Source: a virus. From it: a stretch of 32,000 nucleotides of DNA. Position 1 is the first letter of the stretch; each line of letters begins with the position of its first letter. Below the pieces are notes generated by a model that was not told the DNA's origin, searched no databases, and worked only from the letters and a program-made list of their open reading frames with translations. The translations under genes were made by a program, and so were the position numbers. The DNA is taken from IMG/VR virus record IMGVR_UViG_3300034109_000980, positions 35,351 to 67,350 of that record; one strand, 5' to 3'. Of this stretch, positions 9,170-16,665 are shown in pieces.

Positions 9170-9195
9170 AACGATTGTTTTTTTGATATAATATA
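9170..9195 (+). promoter_or_regulatory. Candidate promoter (-10 TATAAT at 9187..9192)
   Basis: Very AT-rich stretch TTTTTTTTGATATAATATATATAG upstream of the + strand nblA-like/tmk pair. Confidence 0.4.
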
Positions 9196-9272
9196 TATAG
9201 AATCAATTTTCTATAGTATTGCAATGTCCAGAAGTAATATAGTCCATAATCAACTAATCAAAAGAGGAAACA

Positions 9273-9437
9273 ATGGAACCTGTACAATTAACGATGGAGC
9301 AACAATTCAAACTCGCAATAATCAGGCAAAATGTTGACAGCCTAACCTTGGAACAAGCCAAGGAACACATTATCGAATTAGTCATACAGAGTATGATTAA
9401 GGATGATTTAATTAAGAATTGGATGAAAGGAAGATGA
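9273..9437 (+). CDS. nblA: NblA-like phycobilisome degradation protein, 54 aa (not in supplied ORF track)
   Basis: Hand translation MEPVQLTMEQQFKLAIIRQNVDSLTLEQAKEHIIELVIQSMIKDDLIKNWMKGR*; resembles the NblA pattern ELSLEQQF-----...V--MS-EQAKE-L--L---M------. AAGAGGA upstream. Confidence 0.75.
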   Translation: MEPVQLTMEQQFKLAIIRQNVDSLTLEQAKEHIIELVIQSMIKDDLIKNWMKGR

Positions 9438-10033
9438 TAATTGTATTTGAAGGCATTGACCGCAGTGGGAAAACCACTCAGATGTCCAGATTGAAAGAAT
9501 ACTTAGAAGCAACAACTAGCTTGGCTGTGTGGAGTACGAGAGAACCTTATGGGGATGAGTGTAGGAATAAGATTAAAACCGTCTCCATGAGTCCCCAGGA
9601 ACAGCTAGATTTGATTCTTGAGGATCGGCGACGGCACTGCGATGTGATTCGGGAAAAGATGGGAGAATTTGATATTGTTTTATGCGATCGCTTCACCCCC
9701 TCCACACTCGCCTATCAAGGTTACGGCCACGGGATTGACCCTAATATCCTTATCAAAGCGAATGAAGCCGTCACGGGGGGACTAACACCCGATATGGTGA
9801 TTATTTTTGACTTACCAATTCGGGCGGCTGTGGCGAGATTAGAGAATAGACCCCTTGATGCAATTGAAAGAAATATCTTGTTTTTGGAGAGGGTGAGGTG
9901 GGGATATTTGGACATTGCCAAAAGATACAAATACCACCTGATTAATTCCAATCAGTCATCTGAGTTGGTGTTCAATAAGGTGGTAAATCGGGTGTTGCAG
10001 GCCTTGGAAATTGAGAGTTTAGTTAAGGTATAA
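9434..10033 (+). CDS. tmk: Thymidylate kinase
   Basis: IIVFEGIDRSGKTTQ (P-loop), DRRRHCDVIREK, VLCDRFTPSTLAYQGYGHG, DLPIRAAVARLENR; ATG at 9434 with GGAAG preferred over the TTG at 9419. Confidence 0.9.
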   Translation: MIIVFEGIDRSGKTTQMSRLKEYLEATTSLAVWSTREPYGDECRNKIKTVSMSPQEQLDLILEDRRRHCDVIREKMGEFDIVLCDRFTPSTLAYQGYGHGIDPNILIKANEAVTGGLTPDMVIIFDLPIRAAVARLENRPLDAIERNILFLERVRWGYLDIAKRYKYHLINSNQSSELVFNKVVNRVLQALEIESLVKV

Positions 10034-10064
10034 ATAAAGCAGGGTTGCAAAATACCTGCTTTAT
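10034..10064. terminator. Terminator-like hairpin
   Basis: ATAAAGCAGG-N11-CCTGCTTTAT, perfect 10 bp stem downstream of tmk. Confidence 0.65.
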
Positions 10065-10156
10065 GTTTAAACTATTGTTAACTCCATTCCTCTAGCTCCA
10101 ATTCTTCCCCTACAAACTCAGGGAATTGGTTGTAAAATTTTGTCAAGGCTTCTAAC

Positions 10157-10627
10157 TCATTTAGAGCGTCTAAATAATACCCTTGACCAATATTTAATGA
10201 TTTCTAAGGTTGAAAAAATCTGTAGATTAAGTCCTTCTTTTTCACAAAATGCAATCGCTTTTCTGTCATCCGTTGCAATCGCCCATCGTCGATGAACAGC
10301 GATCGCACAAGTTGCCGATTCACCATCATCTCCAAGTTCAAAGACATAATTAATATAAGTTTCTTCCTCAGCTTCTGACTCAAAATCTACAACTATAAGT
10401 AGATATTGCTCAATCGCCATCTGCAACTGAACTGCGCCCTCATTTTCCTGATTTTCAAGTTTTTGTAGGGTCAATAGTTCGCGTGCTTTAACTACTTCTG
10501 TCACCACAACCTGGGCTGGAATAGCCTTTAAGATTGGTAGGAAATTGCCCGACGCGCAAAAGTTTAAAATACAGCAAGCATCAAGAACAAGATGGGAGTG
10601 TTGAATCAACATAAAAAATTCTCCCAA
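10157..10627 (-). CDS. PIN-like domain protein (putative toxin-like partner)
   Basis: HLVLDACCILNF, VVVTEVV, LGDDGESATCAIAVHRRWAIATDDRKA: spacing of acidic residues fits PIN domain; adjacent to XRE/ImmA gene. Confidence 0.6.
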   Translation of the reverse strand: MGEFFMLIQHSHLVLDACCILNFCASGNFLPILKAIPAQVVVTEVVKARELLTLQKLENQENEGAVQLQMAIEQYLLIVVDFESEAEEETYINYVFELGDDGESATCAIAVHRRWAIATDDRKAIAFCEKEGLNLQIFSTLEIIKYWSRVLFRRSK

Positions 10628-10630
10628 ATT

Positions 10631-11824
10631 CTACGCTTGACGTAAATCTAAATGGGCAATTTCCTCTATCATTCCACTTGAATAATCCCGTAATAATTCC
10701 GCAATCCGACGAGCTTCTATACGATCAACCCCTAAGAAATTGGCAAAACGTCCTTCTGTAATCAGCCCTTGATCGAAAGCTTCAATTGCAAGGTATTGAT
10801 AGTGAATGGGAAGCATATCAGTGCGTTGGGGAATTTCTTCTAACCCAAGTTCTTGTTGAACTTTTCTAACTTTTAATCCGCGATCGCGTAGTCGCTCCAC
10901 AGTTCCAGACGGGATCAATTTTATAGATTCTAAACGATTACCAAGGGCTTCAATAGACACCCCATAATAATGAGCTAAGGTAAATAAATTAGTGGGAGTA
11001 AACTTACCGTGAGTCTGGTACATATCATTAAATCGTTTAAGTAAACCACTGGTTGGCATTAGAAAATAGTCAGGGAAACTGTCAGCTAGTCGTTCAGTAT
11101 CTGGCTTTCTTTGGTATTGATTTTCATAGTCAAGTACAGGCTTACGTCGATGCGCTAGAAAATGAAGATATTCATGAGCAAGTGACCAACGCCGCCGATC
11201 TTCTGGGTGTTTAGCATTAATCGCAATACAGCCACCAAATTGTTCATCGTAGCTATATACACCTGAATATTTAGATGGCATTTCCAAATAGAAAATACGC
11301 AGTCCGACACTCTGTTCTAAAACGTCTCTAAGAATTGGAATTGGACTGTCACCAATCCCTAATCGTTGACGTTCTGCAATGGCAATACTTTCTGCTGCCG
11401 CCTCTATTGGCATATTCGTTACATCATATTCTTGAGGATAATTCCGAGGTAAAGGAGCATCCATAATTTTCTCAAGTTCTAAATAGTTTTGACAGAGTTC
11501 CTCTAAGCGCCAAATTGCCGGATTAATTTGGGCTTCTTCTGTCTCGCTACGTCGATAAGCGGCGCGAAATTGAACTTCAAACGGCTCAATAATAGGGCTT
11601 TGTCGAACAAAATTACTAACAGCCTGCCCATAAGCACGAGCCAGTTTAATTAGTTCGTTGGGTTTAAGGCGACGTTCTCCTTTTTCAATAGCAACAATAG
11701 TTGTTCTTGCAGCATCAATAATTTGAGCGGCATCAGCTTGAGTCATGCCAGATTTCTTCCGCGCTTGTTGCAGTCGTTCACCCAATTGGCGGAGATCAAT
11801 TTTATCGAGAATGTTAACAGTCAT
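10631..11824 (-). CDS. XRE-family HTH + ImmA/IrrE-type metallopeptidase
   Basis: N-term LGERLQQARKKSGMTQADAAQIIDAARTTIVAIEKGERR (HTH); central RRWSLAHEYLHFLAHR (HExxH). Confidence 0.85.
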   Translation of the reverse strand: MTVNILDKIDLRQLGERLQQARKKSGMTQADAAQIIDAARTTIVAIEKGERRLKPNELIKLARAYGQAVSNFVRQSPIIEPFEVQFRAAYRRSETEEAQINPAIWRLEELCQNYLELEKIMDAPLPRNYPQEYDVTNMPIEAAAESIAIAERQRLGIGDSPIPILRDVLEQSVGLRIFYLEMPSKYSGVYSYDEQFGGCIAINAKHPEDRRRWSLAHEYLHFLAHRRKPVLDYENQYQRKPDTERLADSFPDYFLMPTSGLLKRFNDMYQTHGKFTPTNLFTLAHYYGVSIEALGNRLESIKLIPSGTVERLRDRGLKVRKVQQELGLEEIPQRTDMLPIHYQYLAIEAFDQGLITEGRFANFLGVDRIEARRIAELLRDYSSGMIEEIAHLDLRQA

Positions 11825-11891
11825 AATGTTTTTCCTTCAACTTGACGGTCTTCTTTTCTGGCTGCGGTCTTGATGCGAGTGATTCTATAGG

Positions 11892-12170
11892 TCATGGTTT
11901 GTTCTCCTGTTGATATTGAAAATAATCGGTTAAACTTTGTAGCCTTAACGCAGCTTTTTGTCTCGACTCAAATACAATTCTTGACCCATCACAGGGGTTT
12001 GTTACGGTGTAAATCCATCGAGGTCTTTCAAGGTATCTAGCTGTACTCAAGTTTTTAACTCTATCCAGTTGACCGATAAGCCTGTCACCCCGAAAAACCT
12101 CAACTTTTCTATCATCACCTTTGACTCTTTTGAACTTCAATGCTTGCTTAACCTGTTCTGGTGTAGCCAT
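11892..12170 (-). CDS. Hypothetical protein
   Basis: 92 aa ORF, co-directional. Confidence 0.45.
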   Translation of the reverse strand: MATPEQVKQALKFKRVKGDDRKVEVFRGDRLIGQLDRVKNLSTARYLERPRWIYTVTNPCDGSRIVFESRQKAALRLQSLTDYFQYQQENKP

Positions 12171-12302
12171 GATATACTCCTAATTGAATTAAATGATTGA
12201 CTATAACAGGGTAGGGCTGTAACCTTACTCGGTTAACTTTTATGCCGCCCAACTATCACCTTCTTCCTTCTTCATGGCGATCGCTTTGATAATAGGTGTG
12301 TT

Positions 12303-13190
12303 TTAATCAACACAAGCGCATAGCTTGTTATTCTCTCCAGCTTCAATAAGTGCTTTTTCCATCGGGGTTAAGGCTCCAACATCTCCCCAAGCGTATTTAG
12401 TCCGCCCCAAACCTTTCAAAGACCTTAGATCGGCATTTTGTTCCATCTCAACAGCCCTTTGATATAGTTCGGGATGTTTTTCCTTTAGTTCAACAATCTC
12501 GCTGATTTTGCGGTTTGGGCAAAAAAAGCAGGATGATTTTGATGGAACAGGAAAACCAACCGACTTAATCAGAGCGTTGCAGTTTTCTTGGTTTAGACCC
12601 CATTCAATCAACGGGTATTCTTGTCTAATTCCCTCCTGCTCCATCTGTCTAATTTTGCCAGTCTTATCTAAAAGCCTACTCATTTCTCCGGTATGAATCC
12701 CTACAAATTGCCGGGGAATTGCTTTTATTTCTTGACTTAGACACCATTGTTTCAAATACTTCTGTTGAGGCTCTACCTTGTATTTCATGGAACAGGTGGC
12801 AAATCCATAAGCCTTACTTGGCAATGCCTTTTTAATTAAACATTCTTCCTCTAGTGTGGAATAGGTAAAAGTCCTCCGAGAGCCTTCTACCTGAGTATAT
12901 TTCACCCATTCAATCACAGGGAAACCCTCTGCTATCAACCAATCGGAAAAAGTGTTTACCCAGTCGTAGGTTTCAGGGAGTTCCGCCCCCGTATCCGCAA
13001 ACAAGATTAAATCGGGTTTAATCCCTTTCAACACCATTGCAATTAACATGGCGGTGCTATTGGTTCCCCCACCATAGGAAACAACGATAGGAGAGTTTGG
13101 ATCGGGTGCGGGTCTATTCTTTAAAATCCAAATAGGATCTTTAGCTTGAGTATCAACATGATCACCAAATAAATCCAATTGAGTTGTCAT
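12303..13190 (-). CDS. Phage PAPS-reductase-like / PP-loop protein
   Basis: PIVVSYGGGTNSTAMLIA (PP-loop), LILFADTGAELPETYDW, SCFFCPNRK; N-terminus MTTQLDLFGD. Confidence 0.75.
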   Translation of the reverse strand: MTTQLDLFGDHVDTQAKDPIWILKNRPAPDPNSPIVVSYGGGTNSTAMLIAMVLKGIKPDLILFADTGAELPETYDWVNTFSDWLIAEGFPVIEWVKYTQVEGSRRTFTYSTLEEECLIKKALPSKAYGFATCSMKYKVEPQQKYLKQWCLSQEIKAIPRQFVGIHTGEMSRLLDKTGKIRQMEQEGIRQEYPLIEWGLNQENCNALIKSVGFPVPSKSSCFFCPNRKISEIVELKEKHPELYQRAVEMEQNADLRSLKGLGRTKYAWGDVGALTPMEKALIEAGENNKLCACVD

Positions 13191-13256
13191 ATTTCCACTT
13201 GCCCTCTGTATCCCTACATTTATAACTCTACTCCAGTTATCCTAAAATATCAACCC

Positions 13257-13448
13257 TCACTCAACTTTTTTGTAAAGAATTATATCGCCCGTTGCGATCG
13301 CCTCCAAAAATTCAGTCCATGCGGGTTCTGCTGACTCCCGCCTCCAATAACGATAACCCATGCCGATGACGAGGGTTTTCAACTTCTCCCTGTCTTCTGG
13401 CTTGAGCTTGGCCTTGATTCCTTGCCTGTTTTCTCGGGGTCGTGTCAT
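13257..13448 (-). CDS. Small hypothetical protein
   Basis: 63 aa ORF with charged N-terminus. Confidence 0.35.
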   Translation of the reverse strand: MTRPRENRQGIKAKLKPEDREKLKTLVIGMGYRYWRRESAEPAWTEFLEAIATGDIILYKKVE

Positions 13449-13583
13449 AAGAATGATCCTATATAACTATCCACCAGTTATAACAGATTTATTTCCAGAT
13501 GGTAAATAATTCTGGCAACGACGGGCGGTGGATCGTGGATCTAAAAAAGCCGAATCCCTTACAGAATCCGGCTTTTACCTCTA

Positions 13584-13624
13584 TCGGAGCGACAGGATTT
13601 GAACCTGCGACCCCTACCACCCCA
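13584..13624 (-). other. 3' fragment of a tRNA (tRNA-Pro-like), candidate attachment core
   Basis: Minus strand: TTGGGGTGGTAGGGGTCGCAGGTTCAAATCCTGTCGCTCCGA; intact T arm GCAGG-TTCAAAT-CCTGT + CGCTCCG-A acceptor half, but no 5' CGGAGCG found upstream. Confidence 0.6.
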
Positions 13625-13700
13625 ATGTATTCTTGATATAGTTAATTCCTTATATCGTGGGGTTTTTGGGAGTTTGGGAACCTGAGATCCCAATTGTTGA

Positions 13701-13985
13701 TCAATCAAATGCTCCTGATTCCCAATATTGTTTCGCAGCTTCCCACTGTTCAGAAGTAGCAGCGATATGGACTTGATGCCCAATATCTGCAAGTTTGGCT
13801 TTGTGATGATTGACGAGAACACCACATAAAGATATCCCATCAACTTGTTTTAATCCCAAACTATTGATCAGAGCATCCATAGTTTCAAGAGTTTTTAATC
13901 CGAATCCGTGGGGGTCGTAGGAGGTTTGATTTTCTCCCGTACCGTCCGCCCTCCAATATCGGGCGTGTAGTAGTTTCTCATTCAT
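13701..13985 (-). CDS. Hypothetical protein
   Basis: ORF with probable internal start MNEKLLHARYWRADG (track start 14018). Confidence 0.45.
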   Translation of the reverse strand: MNEKLLHARYWRADGTGENQTSYDPHGFGLKTLETMDALINSLGLKQVDGISLCGVLVNHHKAKLADIGHQVHIAATSEQWEAAKQYWESGAFD

Positions 13986-14194
13986 AAAGTTTCTACTTCC
14001 ACAACTTGCGCTTTCCATCCCTTACGAGTCAATGACAGGGCATCTCTCGCCGCGACTTCGTTGTCTTTGTATGTGATAAATTCGTCATCGGGATGGACGG
14101 CTAAAAAGTCCGCACCTACACCTCCAGCATACAAACCTTCTGTGACTTGACCGTTGTAACGATTCCACGGCTTGACTGCAAATTTTAGTGTCAT
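13982..14194 (-). CDS. Hypothetical protein
   Basis: 70 aa; stop overlaps the start of the next gene. Confidence 0.45.
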   Translation of the reverse strand: MTLKFAVKPWNRYNGQVTEGLYAGGVGADFLAVHPDDEFITYKDNEVAARDALSLTRKGWKAQVVEVETL

Positions 14195-14256
14195 TGTTTT
14201 ACCCTTGTATCGTTAACTTTTGCGCGGATTTAAGGCGATCCAACATATAAACCTCC

Positions 14257-14868
14257 TTAATTAGTAAAGCGTCTGTTTTGGCTCTGTTGATTGCAGCAGG
14301 CAACGATACCTGCTTTGTCAATCCTCAGATTTCTGAGGATTGATTTTTTAGCTTTCAGAATTTCTTTAAATTCTGATTGATCGAAGTCGCTGTACCAAGG
14401 TTGGCAAATCTCAACCAAGGCATATAACTTCTTTAAAACCTGGGTCATATTTTCCCAGGCGATTTTTTCGCAAAAATCGCGATTTTCGATCCAGAACTTG
14501 GACGATACCGCGATCGCTACCGCTTTTTTTATTTTGACTTCACCCTCTCCAGGTTCGCCACCCAGAGAAGAATAATATTCAGCGAAATTGCGGCGGAGTT
14601 GATCCGCCCACTGAATTTGCTTTTCCGATCCAACAAGAGGAGGGAAAAACCAATCCATTTTTTTCATAACAGGCACGTCCCATATTGTTAACTGCTTAGG
14701 TTTCTCCACAACCGCCGCCGCTTTCAGGGCTTCTAACCGCCCTTCTAGCTGTGTCAATTCAAAACCCCAACGCCGGATCAAAGACCGGACATTGGGGAAT
14801 TTTTGAATCAAGCTATTCAATTGGCTAATTCTTTTGGAAAGTTGGTCGGCGGTTGTGGAGTTTTTCAT
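14257..14868 (-). CDS. Hypothetical phage protein
   Basis: 203 aa ORF. Confidence 0.5.
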   Translation of the reverse strand: MKNSTTADQLSKRISQLNSLIQKFPNVRSLIRRWGFELTQLEGRLEALKAAAVVEKPKQLTIWDVPVMKKMDWFFPPLVGSEKQIQWADQLRRNFAEYYSSLGGEPGEGEVKIKKAVAIAVSSKFWIENRDFCEKIAWENMTQVLKKLYALVEICQPWYSDFDQSEFKEILKAKKSILRNLRIDKAGIVACCNQQSQNRRFTN

Positions 14869-14940
14869 ATTTTACGCCCGATTTAACGGCGGCGTCCCTG
14901 TTTTGCTTATACTAAAATATTGTAGCTACAAAATCAAAAT

Positions 14941-15096
14941 ATGTCAACCCCTAAATCAAAAAAACTTTTTAACCGCCCAACCGTTGTCAGGGTGAGGGTT
15001 TCAGAAGTTGAGAGGGAGAGGATAGAGGCGATCGCATCCTCAAGAAATCTATCCCTCTCGGAATTGATAAGATATTGGATCAATAATAGAGGGTGA
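14941..15096 (+). CDS. Ribbon-helix-helix (CopG-like) DNA-binding protein, 51 aa (not in supplied ORF track)
   Basis: MSTPKSKKLFNRPTVVRVRVSEVERERIEAIASSRNLSLSELIRYWINNRG*; beta strand plus LSLSELIRYWI helix pattern. Confidence 0.6.
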   Translation: MSTPKSKKLFNRPTVVRVRVSEVERERIEAIASSRNLSLSELIRYWINNRG

Positions 15097-15128
15097 CAAT
15101 ACAGCTTTCCTTATTCCAGAAAGCAAAA

Positions 15129-15848
15129 TTAGGGAGCAAGCCGAGCTTTCCCTAATCGGTTCTTTTCGTACCATTCCGCAATTTGGGGAACCCATTCTTG
15201 AGTATGTGTCCACATCATTTCAGAGAGTTTTTGAATCTCTAACTGGGCATCTTTTTTGAATCTTAAATCAAGGAAATGAAGCAATGATCTCAAGTTGCAA
15301 CTCATTACAAAATGCTGACGGAAATCAAAAGGTATCAAACCCCTGGCGTGTTCTTCACTCATCCCAGACTCAATGTTTTGTTTATACAAACCACAAGCAT
15401 CTACACAGTGTTGTAAATGGATTTCTCTTAATTCAGGTGAATAATAATATTTTTTGCCTTGGCGATCGCTGTAATTCCCCACCGGACGGAGGTAAAAAAC
15501 ATCTTCTAAACTTCTCTTGAAGTTGATTACATCAACAATCCTCTGCCCTGAGTAGCGCCCAGATTGAACATCGAAACTAGCTATTCTATGCCGGGTTGCC
15601 TGTTGCATCACACTATGGGGGAAATATCCCACACTAAAAACGATGTAGCAGTGCTCTAACACTCCAAAGTGTCCTCTATTTCCCTCTAGTAATCGTTTAA
15701 CGGCTATCTCCCCACACTTAATTTCAGAAGGGGTTTTATCAAGGCTTTCATATATATAATCCTCACTATAATCCTGATGGAGAGCCAGATACATTATTGT
15801 CTGGGGATTAGCTGTTTTCGATAAAACCTCAACCTTGAATTTGTCCAT
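15129..15848 (-). CDS. thyX: Flavin-dependent thymidylate synthase
   Basis: LLEGNRGHFGVLEHCYIVFSV, QQATRHRIASFDVQSGRYS (RHRxxSxxxxSxRY-like), HLQHCVDACGLYKQNIESGMSEEHARGLIPFDF, LRSLLHFLDLRF; ATG at 15848 (AGGAG upstream), track TTG start lies inside a degenerate repeat. Confidence 0.9.
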   Translation of the reverse strand: MDKFKVEVLSKTANPQTIMYLALHQDYSEDYIYESLDKTPSEIKCGEIAVKRLLEGNRGHFGVLEHCYIVFSVGYFPHSVMQQATRHRIASFDVQSGRYSGQRIVDVINFKRSLEDVFYLRPVGNYSDRQGKKYYYSPELREIHLQHCVDACGLYKQNIESGMSEEHARGLIPFDFRQHFVMSCNLRSLLHFLDLRFKKDAQLEIQKLSEMMWTHTQEWVPQIAEWYEKNRLGKARLAP

Positions 15849-15862
15849 TAGTCTCCTCTTTT

Positions 15863-15898
15863 GTGCATCTTCAGTCAAGAAACAAGACAATCGTTAAC
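15863..15898. repeat. Most diverged copy of the 36-nt array repeat
   Basis: GTGCATCTTCAGTCAAGAAACAAGACAATCGTTAAC, 26/36 identical to array consensus. Confidence 0.7.
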
Positions 15899-15905
15899 TT
15901 TGTAT

Positions 15906-16184
15906 TTATGATTGAGAAGGTAAAATCTTAGGAACTAATACCAAAACAAAACCATCGGGAATAGAGCCTATCGCATAATCAAAATCTTTCAACCAACCTA
16001 ACTCAGTGGCATGATTAACTAAGGCATTAACATGGTTTTGGGGATATTCTTCACCGTACTGACAATAAACGATTTTAGAACGCCCAGAACCGTTGCTTGT
16101 TTTAATCTTTGTAAGTTCCGTATCGGTTGCTGGTATAACTTTAGAAACTATGCTTGTTCTGTAAATATCTGGATTTAATAACAT
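15906..16184 (-). CDS. Hypothetical protein
   Basis: 92 aa ORF between diverged repeat copies. Confidence 0.5.
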   Translation of the reverse strand: MLLNPDIYRTSIVSKVIPATDTELTKIKTSNGSGRSKIVYCQYGEEYPQNHVNALVNHATELGWLKDFDYAIGSIPDGFVLVLVPKILPSQS

Positions 16185-16246
16185 TTGATTTTATCTCCTT
16201 TTGTTTGAATGTTTGTTTTGGTCGGTTTTATTTTTTTAACCTATAA

Positions 16247-16282
16247 ATATCAAATTAGTCAAGAAACAAGGCAATCATTAAC
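16247..16282. repeat. Diverged copy of the 36-nt array repeat
   Basis: ATATCAAATTAGTCAAGAAACAAGGCAATCATTAAC, 29/36 to consensus. Confidence 0.85.
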
Positions 16283-16382
16283 CTTTCGTCGATTCTTTCA
16301 GCATCTTCTTGAAAACTTTAATCCAGGGATGCAATAAATATCCCCAAATAAGTCCCAATAAAAAAATCAATATTGTAGTCAT
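16278..16382 (-). CDS. Possible 34-aa membrane peptide
   Basis: MTTILIFLLGLIWGYLLHPWIKVFKKMLKESTKG*; one hydrophobic helix, basic tail; little room for an RBS. Confidence 0.3.
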   Translation of the reverse strand: MTTILIFLLGLIWGYLLHPWIKVFKKMLKESTKG

Positions 16383-16387
16383 ATCTG

Positions 16388-16423
16388 GTATCAAATTAGT
16401 CAAGAAACAAGGTAATCATTAAC
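16388..16423. repeat. Diverged copy of the 36-nt array repeat
   Basis: GTATCAAATTAGTCAAGAAACAAGGTAATCATTAAC, 29/36 to consensus. Confidence 0.85.
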
Positions 16424-16433
16424 TTTAGGTTAA

Positions 16434-16610
16434 TCAAGAGATTACAGACTTAATGTATTCATCTCTTTTTTCTTTGAAGTACATAAAACAAGAATACACT
16501 TCATTTTCTAGTTTGTTATCGGGAATAGTGTTGCATCCTGATTTTTCTAAATCAAGATACATTTTGAATATTACCTCAAACTGCTCTTTGATTTCTTTTT
16601 CGGTCGCCAT
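16434..16610 (-). CDS. 58-aa hypothetical protein (not in supplied ORF track)
   Basis: MATEKEIKEQFEVIFKMYLDLEKSGCNTIPDNKLENEVYSCFMYFKEKRDEYIKSVIS*; TAGGAG upstream of ATG. Confidence 0.5.
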   Translation of the reverse strand: MATEKEIKEQFEVIFKMYLDLEKSGCNTIPDNKLENEVYSCFMYFKEKRDEYIKSVIS

Positions 16611-16665
16611 AGCTAAACTCCTAATTTATTCCAATAGAGAAAACGAAAACGTAAGTTTTCAACTT

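Noticed and set aside
9119-9337. 72-aa + ORF in the track
   Set aside because: Overlaps the promoter-like region and the better-supported NblA-like frame.
10071-10200. Possible frameshifted extension of the PIN-like gene (NIGQGYYLDALNELEALTKFYNQFPEFVGEELELEEWS)
   Set aside because: Reads as protein-like but has no start codon of its own and no slippery sequence I could identify; could be a remnant or sequencing error.
13559-13843. 94-aa minus ORF ending SRIHWGGRGRRFKSCRSDRGKSRIL
   Set aside because: Its C-terminus is the translation of the tRNA-like fragment, and it overlaps a better ORF (13701..13985).
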